Below, one piece after another: positions 40,903-49,070 of a stretch of DNA of 64,000 nt; position 1 is the first letter of the stretch, and each line of letters begins with the position of its first letter. The stretch comes from an uncultured Ruminococcus sp. (GTDB taxonomy: Bacteria > Bacillota > Clostridia > Oscillospirales > Ruminococcaceae). The stretch covers positions 34,255-98,254 of the forward strand of contig UQDR01000006.1 of NCBI GenBank assembly GCA_900539835.1, in the 5' to 3' direction. The notes under the pieces are model-generated. The model worked only from the letters and a program-made list of their open reading frames with translations. It had not been told where the DNA came from and did not search any database. The position numbers were made by a program, and so were the translations under genes.

Positions 40903-41831
40903 TATCAAAAATTGCAACTAACAATATGAGCCATAGTGATTGGCTTGATCAGCGCAGAAAATCTATAGGCGGTTCGGATGCAGCCACTATAGTAGGATTA
41001 AATCCATATTCATCACCGTATGAATTATGGGCGGACAAACTCGGAAAAATACCGCCTAAGGAAGAAAATGAGGCTATGAGATTGGGACATGACCTTGAAG
41101 ATTACGTTGCAAAGCGGTTTTGTGAAGCAACAGGAAAAAGAGTAAGACGTGAAAACGCTATCCTGTATAACGATGAACTCCCCTTTGCCCATGCAAATGT
41201 TGACAGATTGGTAATAGGAGAAAAGGCAGGTCTTGAATGTAAAACTACAAATGTGCTTAATTTGAAAAAGTTTAAGGAAGGAAATTTTCCTCCTGTATAT
41301 TACGTTCAGTGTCAGCACTACATGATGATAACCGAACTGCCTAAATGGTATCTTGCAGTGTTGATTCTTGGAAAGGATTTTCTATGGTTTGAGATAAACC
41401 GAAATGAAGATGATATACAAGCCTTGAGAGAATCAGAGCAGCAATTTTGGGAATGTATCAAAACTAATGACTCACCGCCTGTTGACGGATCGGCTTCTTG
41501 TTCTGATACTCTTTCTGAAATATATCAGGAAAGCAATGATTCAGAAATTGACCTTACTCCTTTGCATATCGCTCTGAAAACAAGACAAAATCTGAATGAT
41601 CAGATAAAGGAACTTAATGAGTTAAAAAACGAGCAGGACAATAAAATCAAAGCGTATATGCAAACCGCTGAAAAGGGTTCATGCGACGGGTTTAAGGTTT
41701 CATGGAAACCGGCAGTCAGAAATACTTTTGACAGTAAAAAATATATGAAGGATCATCCCAATGAAGACTTTTCGCCATATATAAAAAAGTCAAACTACAG
41801 AACGTTTAAGGTAACAGAAAATGAAGCCTGA
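40899..41831 (+). CDS. YqaJ-like viral recombinase-domain exonuclease
   Basis: GGSDAATIVGLNPYSSPYELW motif of the YqaJ/lambda-exo PD-(D/E)xK family, upstream of recT. Confidence 0.75.
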   Translation: MISKIATNNMSHSDWLDQRRKSIGGSDAATIVGLNPYSSPYELWADKLGKIPPKEENEAMRLGHDLEDYVAKRFCEATGKRVRRENAILYNDELPFAHANVDRLVIGEKAGLECKTTNVLNLKKFKEGNFPPVYYVQCQHYMMITELPKWYLAVLILGKDFLWFEINRNEDDIQALRESEQQFWECIKTNDSPPVDGSASCSDTLSEIYQESNDSEIDLTPLHIALKTRQNLNDQIKELNELKNEQDNKIKAYMQTAEKGSCDGFKVSWKPAVRNTFDSKKYMKDHPNEDFSPYIKKSNYRTFKVTENEA

Positions 41832-42027
41832 GGATATTCGTAAAAATCTTAACAAACCGGTAAAGTATAAAAATCCAAGGCTGTATATGGACGGCACATT
41901 TATTCTTAAGGCAGGAATATTCAGAAAATCCGATAAAGGATTTTTTATCAGGCGGAACTTGCAGATACTCATAACTGCAACAGCGTAATAATATGCAATT
42001 TAGAAGATATAACGGAGGTAAATTAAA

Positions 42028-42846
42028 ATGAGCACAAATGAGGGAATTATTAAAAAGAACACCGGAATGGCAGCAAAGCAAGGCAAAACTCTTAATGACT
42101 ACATAAAGAGCATGGAAAGTGAAATAAAAAAAGCATTGCCAAGTGTGATAACATCTGAAAGATTTACAAGAATGACATTAACAGCAATAAGAACAACACC
42201 TGGACTTGCCAATTGTGAACCAATGAGTTTTCTTGCTGCTATGATGTCAGCGGCTCAGCTTGGACTTGAACCTAATACTCCGCTTGGGCAGGCGTATCTA
42301 TTGCCATTTAAGAATAATAAGAAAGGCATTACTGAGGTGCAATTTCAAATAGGCTATAAAGGTCTGATAGATCTTGCCTACAGAAGCGGTGAAGTTGAGC
42401 TTGTTCAGGCACAATGCGTTTACGAAAATGATACTTTTGAATGTGAATACGGCATTGAACCAAAACTCAAGCATATTCCTGCAGATAAGGATAGAGGAGA
42501 TCTCATTAAGGTTTATGCCATGTTTAGAACTAAATCCGGAGGGTACGGTTTTGAAGTCATGAGCGTGGACGATATAAGGAATCACGCATCCAAACACTCA
42601 AAGGCTTACAATAGCAATTACAGTCCGTGGAAAACATCATTTGAAGAGATGGCAAAGAAAACTGTATTAAAAAAGGTCCTCAAATATGCTCCTTTGAAAA
42701 GTGATTTTGTCAGAAGCTTTACACAGGATGAAACAATTAAAAACGAGATATCAGATGATATGTATTCAGTTCCTTCCGAACAAATTGATTTTATCAATAT
42801 TGACGACGTTGAAGTTGATTCTGAAACCGGAGAAGTAATTGAATAA
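42028..42846 (+). CDS. recT: RecT family single-strand annealing protein
   Basis: 272 aa, contains LGQAYLLPF. Confidence 0.8.
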   Translation: MSTNEGIIKKNTGMAAKQGKTLNDYIKSMESEIKKALPSVITSERFTRMTLTAIRTTPGLANCEPMSFLAAMMSAAQLGLEPNTPLGQAYLLPFKNNKKGITEVQFQIGYKGLIDLAYRSGEVELVQAQCVYENDTFECEYGIEPKLKHIPADKDRGDLIKVYAMFRTKSGGYGFEVMSVDDIRNHASKHSKAYNSNYSPWKTSFEEMAKKTVLKKVLKYAPLKSDFVRSFTQDETIKNEISDDMYSVPSEQIDFINIDDVEVDSETGEVIE

Positions 42847-43076
42847 TGACTGAAAAAGACATAACAAACGCATACGAGTGGTTTAGAAAACGAACAGAGG
42901 ATATGCGTGAGCAGAGAAAAGCAATAACCTCCAGCGGTGTTAAGCCGTCGGAGCATTGGGAATTGGTACAAATGAATAATTACGTTGCTTTCAAGATAAT
43001 TGAGGCATACGCAAGCAGGAAAGGACTGATAGAAATTGCTGAACAAAGTAATACTAATGGGCAGGATAGCCAATGA
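42846..43076 (+). CDS. hypothetical protein
   Basis: 76-aa ORF coupled to recT. Confidence 0.4.
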   Translation: MTEKDITNAYEWFRKRTEDMREQRKAITSSGVKPSEHWELVQMNNYVAFKIIEAYASRKGLIEIAEQSNTNGQDSQ

Positions 43077-43476
43077 TTTAGAGATAAAACAAACACAAAA
43101 CGGAGTAGCCGTAATGCAGTTTTCCCTTGCCGTTGAAAGACGGTACAAGGGTGCGGATGGAGAACGTGAAACAGATTTCATCAACTGCGTTGCATGGCGT
43201 CAGCAGGCTGAATTTATCGGCAAGTATTTCCGCAAGGGCAGAATGATTGCTGTTGAGGGAAATCTGCGTACAAGAACATACGATGACAAGAACGGTACAA
43301 AGCATTATGTCACTGAGGTTTACGTTGACAATGTTTCTTTCACTGGTGAAAAGGCAGAAAATGAAAACCAAAACAGCAGCGTTCAGCCGTCACAGCCGAA
43401 CAACACATCTTCAAGTGATGATTTGTCTATAGACGAAGATTTTGAAGTGATATCGGATGACGGTGTACCGTTTTAA
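43036..43476 (+). CDS. ssb: single-stranded DNA-binding protein
   Basis: OB-fold N-terminus MLNKVILMGR and an acidic DDGVPF tail. Confidence 0.85.
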   Translation: MLNKVILMGRIANDLEIKQTQNGVAVMQFSLAVERRYKGADGERETDFINCVAWRQQAEFIGKYFRKGRMIAVEGNLRTRTYDDKNGTKHYVTEVYVDNVSFTGEKAENENQNSSVQPSQPNNTSSSDDLSIDEDFEVISDDGVPF

Positions 43477-43488
43477 AGGAGAAGATTA

Positions 43489-44304
43489 ATGGCTCGTCCA
43501 AAGAAAAAAGGTCTTGATTACTTTCCTTTGGATGTTGACATTTTCGAGGATGATAAACTGTTTGATGTGCAGAACGAATATGGTCCCTTAGGTGAAGTGA
43601 TATATATACGGCTGCTGTGTCTTGTATATAAGAACGGATATTATTATCAGTTTGACAGCCTTGACAAGCTGGCAGCGTTGATGATCAGGTCTATCGGAAA
43701 CAGATGGACGAGGGACAAAAAGACTGTTAAAGATGTCATTTCTTATCTTGCTAAGATTAATCTCTTTTCATCAGAGCTTATGCAAAGAAACATATTGACC
43801 TCTCGAAGTATTCAGGAGCGATACCTATTAGCGGTGGAACGAAGACAGTCAAAAATTACTGATTTTAACCTTCTCGAAAAAAATCAAGCAAAAGAGGGTT
43901 TAATAAATGCACCCAAAAATCAAATTAATGTAACAGAAACACCGATTAATGAAACAGAAATCCTCGTTAATGCTGACAATAATGATACAAAGGAAAGTAA
44001 AGAAAATAAAAGAAAAGTAAATGAAAGAAAAGAAGAGAGTATTTTTTCTGATTTGAATATTTTGCAAAGTCAGTATAACAGTCTTGTTTCAATGTCTGAC
44101 TCATCGTCTGTCAATAAATATATTGATAAAATCATTTCATGGCAAAATGAAAATCACAAGAAAATGAGAAACCCTTATGAAACGATAAAGACTTGGATCG
44201 AACAGGACAAGAAATCTCACAGCAATAAAGATACATCTTACGATCTTGATAAATGGGGAGATTTCGCTTTGAATTTTGATCCGACAAAGGGAGGGTGTAA
44301 ATGA
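43489..44304 (+). CDS. phage replisome organizer (Lin1244/Lin1753-like N-terminal domain)
   Basis: KGLDYFPLDVDIFEDDKL signature. Confidence 0.65.
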   Translation: MARPKKKGLDYFPLDVDIFEDDKLFDVQNEYGPLGEVIYIRLLCLVYKNGYYYQFDSLDKLAALMIRSIGNRWTRDKKTVKDVISYLAKINLFSSELMQRNILTSRSIQERYLLAVERRQSKITDFNLLEKNQAKEGLINAPKNQINVTETPINETEILVNADNNDTKESKENKRKVNERKEESIFSDLNILQSQYNSLVSMSDSSSVNKYIDKIISWQNENHKKMRNPYETIKTWIEQDKKSHSNKDTSYDLDKWGDFALNFDPTKGGCK

Positions 44305-44660
44305 TTAGTTTTAAAATACCTTTTCGGTTACCGTCACTGAATGAGTACATAGACAAATGCAGAGGCAACAGATACGGAGGAGCAAACCTAAAAAAATCCG
44401 TAGAAAGTAATATAATGCTCATCCTTAACACAAGACGTTTTATGATAGCCTCTCCTGTGCATATCACGTTTGTTTGGCACGAGCCAAATAAACGGCGTGA
44501 CAAGGACAATGTTGCATTTGCAAAAAAGTTTATACTTGATGCACTGCAAAAGGCAGGACGGCTCAAAAACGATAATAACAAATACGTTAAAGGCTTTACA
44601 GACAAGTTTGTATATGACGGTACAGAGGGCGTGGAGGTACATATTGAATTGGAGGACTAA
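44301..44660 (+). CDS. rusA: RusA family Holliday junction resolvase
   Basis: 119 aa, contains PSLNEY..RRDKDNV..ILDALQKAG. Confidence 0.7.
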   Translation: MISFKIPFRLPSLNEYIDKCRGNRYGGANLKKSVESNIMLILNTRRFMIASPVHITFVWHEPNKRRDKDNVAFAKKFILDALQKAGRLKNDNNKYVKGFTDKFVYDGTEGVEVHIELED

Positions 44661-44662
44661 CA

Positions 44663-45013
44663 ATGGTTCGCAAACGGTTAAGTCAAAAGCAAAGGAAACA
44701 AATCTATAATATGTTTGATGGGCATTGTGCTTATTGTGGATGTACTATTACAATGTCGGAAATGCAAGTAGATCATATATTATCATTACACAGAGGTGGT
44801 ACAGATGATATATCAAATATGTATCCTGCTTGCAGGAGTTGCAACAAGTATAAAGATACTTATACCATAGAGGGGCTTAGAAAAGCAATTGAACATATAC
44901 CCGATGTATTAAAAAGAGATAGTTCTACTTATAGAATAGCAGTTAGATTTGGATTGATTAAACTGAATAAAGATAAAGTAAAATTTTACTTTGAGGAGTG
45001 TAAAAATGTATGA
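44663..45013 (+). CDS. HNH endonuclease
   Basis: CAYCGC..HILSLHRGG..CRSCN zinc/HNH motif. Confidence 0.8.
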   Translation: MVRKRLSQKQRKQIYNMFDGHCAYCGCTITMSEMQVDHILSLHRGGTDDISNMYPACRSCNKYKDTYTIEGLRKAIEHIPDVLKRDSSTYRIAVRFGLIKLNKDKVKFYFEECKNV

Positions 45014-45411
45014 AACCAATGATTTACAAAAGCAAACCAGAATTTGATGTATTGGACGAGGGAATATGTGATGGATATCACTACATAATTGTTTCTTACG
45101 GCACACACCCTTGTGCATACGTTGAAATTCCTGAAAGTCATAAATACTATGGATGTGAATATATAAACTTTCCTGATATAAACTGCCATGGTGGATTAAC
45201 TTATTCTTCTAAAGGCTTTGTAAGAGAAATAGAAGAATCAGGTGAAATATTTTCACGAAACGGTCACTATCTCGGTTGGGATTATAACCATTATGGTGAT
45301 TATAATGGCTCAATGGGCTCACTTAGAATGCTTGGCGAGAAACGATGGACAACGGAAGAAATCTACGAAGAAGTAGTTAGTGTTATAAAGCAGTTGAGGG
45401 AGGCGTGCTAA
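45010..45411 (+). CDS. hypothetical protein
   Basis: 133 aa. Confidence 0.4.
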   Translation: MKPMIYKSKPEFDVLDEGICDGYHYIIVSYGTHPCAYVEIPESHKYYGCEYINFPDINCHGGLTYSSKGFVREIEESGEIFSRNGHYLGWDYNHYGDYNGSMGSLRMLGEKRWTTEEIYEEVVSVIKQLREAC

Positions 45412-45716
45412 TAATGGAAAGTGAAAATAAAACTTTTATGTTGTGGTGTAATACCAATAAAGACTCATCTCGGTGGGGATTAATAAAAGACCACAGCACA
45501 AAAGAAGAAATAATACATATCACTGACTGTCTGTTAGAAAGCTTTGGGCACACCTCCCTATCAAATCGGCTTAACGATTTACAAACTGTTGTACAAGCCG
45601 CCGAACAAGAACATTATGAGGGAAGTTGTTTTGAAAATAAAAGCACTATACCACGTGCAATAATTAATTTAATTCTGAGTCCATACGGGCTCAGGATTGA
45701 GGGAAAGGAAGTGTAA
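45405..45716 (+). CDS. hypothetical protein
   Basis: 103 aa. Confidence 0.4.
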   Translation: MLIMESENKTFMLWCNTNKDSSRWGLIKDHSTKEEIIHITDCLLESFGHTSLSNRLNDLQTVVQAAEQEHYEGSCFENKSTIPRAIINLILSPYGLRIEGKEV

Positions 45717-45718
45717 TA

Positions 45719-45961
45719 ATGTCTAAAAAATATATTGATGTTGCTTATGCTCCCATATATCTTAACAAAGAGGCTTGTGAGCAGATAAAAGAGGTGCCTG
45801 CCGCAGAAGTGCAGGAGGTTAGGCATGGGAAATGGGAACAAGAAAATGAAATCTTTAAATGCTCAGAGTGTGCATATGCATTTGAAAACGAAGGATATCA
45901 GCATTTTTTTAATTATTGCCCCAACTGCGGCGCAAGAATGGATGGTGAAGAAAATGGCTAA
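45719..45961 (+). CDS. zinc-ribbon protein
   Basis: CSEC..CPNC. Confidence 0.45.
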   Translation: MSKKYIDVAYAPIYLNKEACEQIKEVPAAEVQEVRHGKWEQENEIFKCSECAYAFENEGYQHFFNYCPNCGARMDGEENG

Positions 45962-46061
45962 ACGAGATAACGTACCAGTAATACTCTTGCTTGGCAAAAT
46001 CCTCCGTTTACAGCGTATCAAATATTACCGATAGGGCATACTCTAAGCGGAGGCGATAAGT

Positions 46062-46253
46062 ATGGAAATCATTTTGTTAAACGGAAAGACGATAGAGATC
46101 AACAGCAAAGAAGAACTTTACAAACATTTTGACAACTGCCGATATCCTGTCTCCGATGCTGTTAATGCACGGAGCGAGGGAATAATCAATGAAGATGAGT
46201 ACTATGAAACAATGAGAAGCGTTTTTAAGAGAGGGGATAGGAATGACCATTAA
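46062..46253 (+). CDS. hypothetical protein
   Basis: 63 aa. Confidence 0.35.
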   Translation: MEIILLNGKTIEINSKEELYKHFDNCRYPVSDAVNARSEGIINEDEYYETMRSVFKRGDRNDH

Positions 46254-46692
46254 AGAGTATTTAAGTCAGCTGACTGATATAAGGTTGAGGATTGAGGCAA
46301 TAGAACGTTCAATTGAAAAGTGCTATTCAAATGCAGAAAAAACAACATCTACGACATCGGAAGTACCGAATCATACTTTGGGTACGACTTCAAACAAGGT
46401 TGAGGAGAATGTGCTGAAAGTAGTTGAATACAAACAACAACTTGAATCACTTGAAAATCAATTTGAAGAATTTGCATTTCGTGCTACTTGTGAGATTAAT
46501 AAGATACAAGACAATGTGCTTGTTGCATTACTAATAAATAAATATGTATGCGGATTAACATGGGAAGAAGTTTCGGAAATAATTGATAAAAATCTTGATT
46601 ATACAAAAAAGGAGTTACATACTAAAGCATTGAAAGAGTTTGAAAAAATGAATCCCAATTATCCCTCGAAATCCCCTTGTATTCCTGCTTAA
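46243..46692 (+). CDS. putative late-gene transcriptional activator (ArpU/RinA-like, sigma region-4-like HTH)
   Basis: C-terminal VLVALLINKYVCGLTWEEVSEI..KKELHTKALKEFEK resembles a sigma-70 region 4 HTH. It sits just upstream of the packaging module. Confidence 0.5.
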   Translation: MTIKEYLSQLTDIRLRIEAIERSIEKCYSNAEKTTSTTSEVPNHTLGTTSNKVEENVLKVVEYKQQLESLENQFEEFAFRATCEINKIQDNVLVALLINKYVCGLTWEEVSEIIDKNLDYTKKELHTKALKEFEKMNPNYPSKSPCIPA

Positions 46693-46739
46693 ATAATTTA
46701 TAATGATAATTGGAGATAGTGTAAAAGCTATTCCGATGT

Positions 46740-46960
46740 GATCTTCATTTTTTTGTCATTGGGTCTCAACGGGGCGAAAGCTCCGTATGTCAGTATAGCA
46801 TAAGCAGTGCGGCTCTGTCCGGGTGCGTATGGGTGCAAATCCCATTGCTGACAACATAGCTGTTTACCAGCAGTATAAAGATAGGTCGCATGATTTCCAC
46901 CTTTGAGTGCGATTTAAAAGGTGCAGGTTTGAGGTTATCCTTGCTCATAAGAAAACCTCA
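46740..46960 (+). ncRNA. candidate structured RNA of unknown class
   Basis: Several clean hairpins are present: GGGGC-GAAA-GCTCC with a GNRA loop, ATGGG-TGCAAAT-CCCAT, and TTGAGGTT..AACCTCAA. There is no ORF of 60 aa or more. Confidence 0.35.
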
Positions 46961-46964
46961 ATAC

Positions 46965-47050
46965 GTCTCGTTAGCTTAATAGGTAAAAGCGTTGTTCGAA
47001 CACTACAACAAGATTTGGGTATGCAGGTTCGACTCCTGCACGAGACACCA
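46965..47050 (+). tRNA. tRNA-like gene with aberrant anticodon/variable region (86 nt including CCA)
   Basis: 7-bp acceptor GTCTCGT/ACGAGAC, D arm GCTT/AAGC, T arm GCAGG-TTCGACT-CCTGC, discriminator A and CCA. However, there are 31 nt between the D and T arms, with TTGTT..(T)ACAA around a 9-10 nt loop. Confidence 0.45.
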
Positions 47051-47093
47051 CCAGTGAGGACTTCCCATCCTCCTCAATAATATTTTTGGCATT

Positions 47094-47120
47094 CAGCAGT
47101 CGTTAGGCTGCTGTTTTGCT
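47094..47120 (+). terminator. rho-independent terminator
   Basis: CAGCAG-TCGTTAGG-CTGCTG followed by TTTTGCT. Confidence 0.65.
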
Positions 47121-47193
47121 ACTATTAAAATTTATTTGTACATATTGAAAATTCTAAATGTTTGTGGTATCATAAAATAGGGGTTGAGTTAAG

Positions 47194-47607
47194 ATGCCAT
47201 TTGAGGAAGTAAGATATACTAATTTTGATCATTTAATTATTCCAAAAGATTATGCTGAAGCAAGTGGATGCGGAGAAAAGCACTGGCTTTATGATACAGC
47301 AGCTAAAGAAATTGTTGGTTTATTCAAATATCCCAAGAAAAATACTTATGAGCACATAGCTGAACACATGGCATCAAGTCTAGGAAATTATATTGGCATT
47401 CCATGTGCAAAAATTGATTTAGGAACGTATTATAATAGACAGGGGTGCTTAAGCTATCTTGTTTATGATAAGAAAAGTCATCCCGAATTAGAACTTATTG
47501 AGGGTGTTAATCTATTAAAAATTCAATATCCAAATTATGATGAAAATAGATTGATTGATATAAGCACTGGAGAAAGATATTCCAGACTTTTTTCAAGATT
47601 TAAATAG
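47194..47607 (+). CDS. HipA-C-like protein fragment (kinase N-lobe-like region)
   Basis: 137 aa. The stretch GEKHWLY..IVGLFKYP..EHIAEHMASSLGNYIGIP..YLVYD..LIEGVNLL aligns by motif with the first half of the HipA_C domain (QxKF..KFP..NE..MxLAxxxGI..RFDR..EDFCQL). AT-rich. Confidence 0.4.
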   Translation: MPFEEVRYTNFDHLIIPKDYAEASGCGEKHWLYDTAAKEIVGLFKYPKKNTYEHIAEHMASSLGNYIGIPCAKIDLGTYYNRQGCLSYLVYDKKSHPELELIEGVNLLKIQYPNYDENRLIDISTGERYSRLFSRFK

Positions 47608-47608
47608 A

Positions 47609-47881
47609 ATGAAAGCCCTTGTAAACAGTAAGTCAAGATCATGTATAAAAATAAATAATAATAAGAATACTCGTCATGTAGATGTCATAAAATATGCTAT
47701 ACAAAAAAATTATATACCGATAGATCTAATAATGTTTATTGTTGAGATTGTTAGTCATAGTATAGATGATTTAATAAATAGCTATTCAAAGGTTATTTCA
47801 GACCAAAGGCAACAACTTATATCATATTTTCTAAAATCAAAGATAGCATTATTAAGATCCATTTGTGAAAGGAGGATATAA
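47609..47881 (+). CDS. small protein with a degenerate HipA catalytic-loop-like segment
   Basis: 90 aa. IVEIVSHSIDDLINSYS resembles vFNvligNtDDHlKNfS with the His and Lys lost. Separated from the upstream ORF by TAG-A-ATG and overlaps the next ORF in TAATG. Confidence 0.3.
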   Translation: MKALVNSKSRSCIKINNNKNTRHVDVIKYAIQKNYIPIDLIMFIVEIVSHSIDDLINSYSKVISDQRQQLISYFLKSKIALLRSICERRI

Positions 47882-48558
47882 TGAATACTCTAGAAATTTA
47901 TTGGCAAAATCCTGAAACCCGAGAAAGAAGCCTTGTAGGCTTTTTAGAAGACAACGAAAATGAATATATATTTAAATATTCACAAAACGTTATTCAAGGA
48001 AAGGTAACAGGATTTAAACCTATTTATCCTTTTTTAAATTATGAAAAAGAATATAGATCTATGTCCATGTTTTCAAATTTTTTAAATAGAATACCCAGTC
48101 CTAAAAGAAATGATATAAATGATATATTAAAAAAATATGGGTTAGAAGAATATGATGAGTTTAATTTATTAGTTAAAAGTGGAGGACGTACACCAGCAGA
48201 CAACTTAGAATTTATATCACCGATTGATACAACAGCAAATAAAATTATAAGAAGTTTTTATATTGCTGGTGTATCACATGGTGAATTTTGCTTAGGTCAA
48301 TGTGATGATTCTTGTTTATCAGAAGTTACTGATTATGAAATTAAACTTTGTAAAGAACCGGATAATATACATGATCAATATGCTATTAAATTGTTAGTTG
48401 AAGGCAAAAAAATTGGTTACATTCCAAAATACTATTCTAAAAGTGTAACAGAGTTGATTAATAATAATTATAAGATAAATATATTTATTGAAAATATAAA
48501 TAATGATGAAAAAAATTGTAGAGAATGTGTTAAAGTAATACTAAAAGCAGAAAAATAA
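47881..48558 (+). CDS. HipA-N-subdomain-1-like (HipS-like) plus C-terminal HIRAN domain fusion protein
   Basis: The N-terminus FSNFLNRIPSPK..ILKKYGL..DEFNLLVKSGGRTPADNLEF follows the HipA_N pattern F.NLLPEG..R..GL..D.F.LL...G.DcaGAl.F. The C-terminus IAGVSHGEF..EPDNIHDQYAIKLL..GKKIGYIPKYY matches the HIRAN fold signature. Confidence 0.5.
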   Translation: MNTLEIYWQNPETRERSLVGFLEDNENEYIFKYSQNVIQGKVTGFKPIYPFLNYEKEYRSMSMFSNFLNRIPSPKRNDINDILKKYGLEEYDEFNLLVKSGGRTPADNLEFISPIDTTANKIIRSFYIAGVSHGEFCLGQCDDSCLSEVTDYEIKLCKEPDNIHDQYAIKLLVEGKKIGYIPKYYSKSVTELINNNYKINIFIENINNDEKNCRECVKVILKAEK

Positions 48559-48570
48559 ATATTAAACAAA

Positions 48571-48597
48571 ACAGCCCCCCGGGGCTGTTTTTGTTTT
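48571..48597 (+). terminator. rho-independent terminator
   Basis: ACAGCCCC-CC-GGGGCTGT followed by TTTTGTTTT. Confidence 0.8.
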
Positions 48598-48620
48598 GCA
48601 TAAAAAGAGAGGTGGTGAAA

Positions 48621-49070
48621 GTGGCAAAAGGAAAATATCAAAGATGGCTTGAGCCTGAGGGTCTGCAATTACTTGAAGGGTGGGCAAGAGATGGACTGAC
48701 AGATGAGCAGATAGCTGACAATATGGGGATAAGCACTTCTACTTTATACGATTGGAAAAATAAATATTCGGAGATTTCGGAGGCCCTAAAAAAAGGTAAA
48801 GAAATTGTAGATATCCAAGTTGAGAATGCTTTATTAAAACGTGCTCTTGGATACAGCTACAGTGAAGTGACAACCGAAAAAGACGGAAATAAAATCAAGC
48901 AAAAAATCACCAAAAAACAAGTTATTCCCGATACTACAGCACAAATCTTTTGGCTGAAAAACAGACGTCCTGATAAATGGAGAGATAAACCACCGATTGA
49001 TGATTCTAATGCCACAGAAGCAGAACTTCCGAAACTGTTTGATACACTTGAAAGTGAGGATATCGAATGA
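48621..49070 (+). CDS. terS: terminase small subunit
   Basis: HTH LTDEQIADNMGISTSTLYDW. GTG start behind RBS GAGAGGTGGTG; the ORF track shows a TTG start at 48591. Confidence 0.8.
   Translation: MAKGKYQRWLEPEGLQLLEGWARDGLTDEQIADNMGISTSTLYDWKNKYSEISEALKKGKEIVDIQVENALLKRALGYSYSEVTTEKDGNKIKQKITKKQVIPDTTAQIFWLKNRRPDKWRDKPPIDDSNATEAELPKLFDTLESEDIE

Noticed and set aside
45614-45841. 75-aa minus-strand ORF mirroring SPYGLRI of the + strand gene
   Set aside because: It is a palindromic-codon artefact opposite the 45405 and 45719 genes.
47194-47881. Calling ORF1/ORF2 an active HipA kinase toxin
   Set aside because: The catalytic loop is degenerate (DDHLKN replaced by DD-LIN), the kinase is split by a stop and frameshift, and no hipB-like HTH partner is adjacent. 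It is treated as a pseudokinase or unknown-function module instead.
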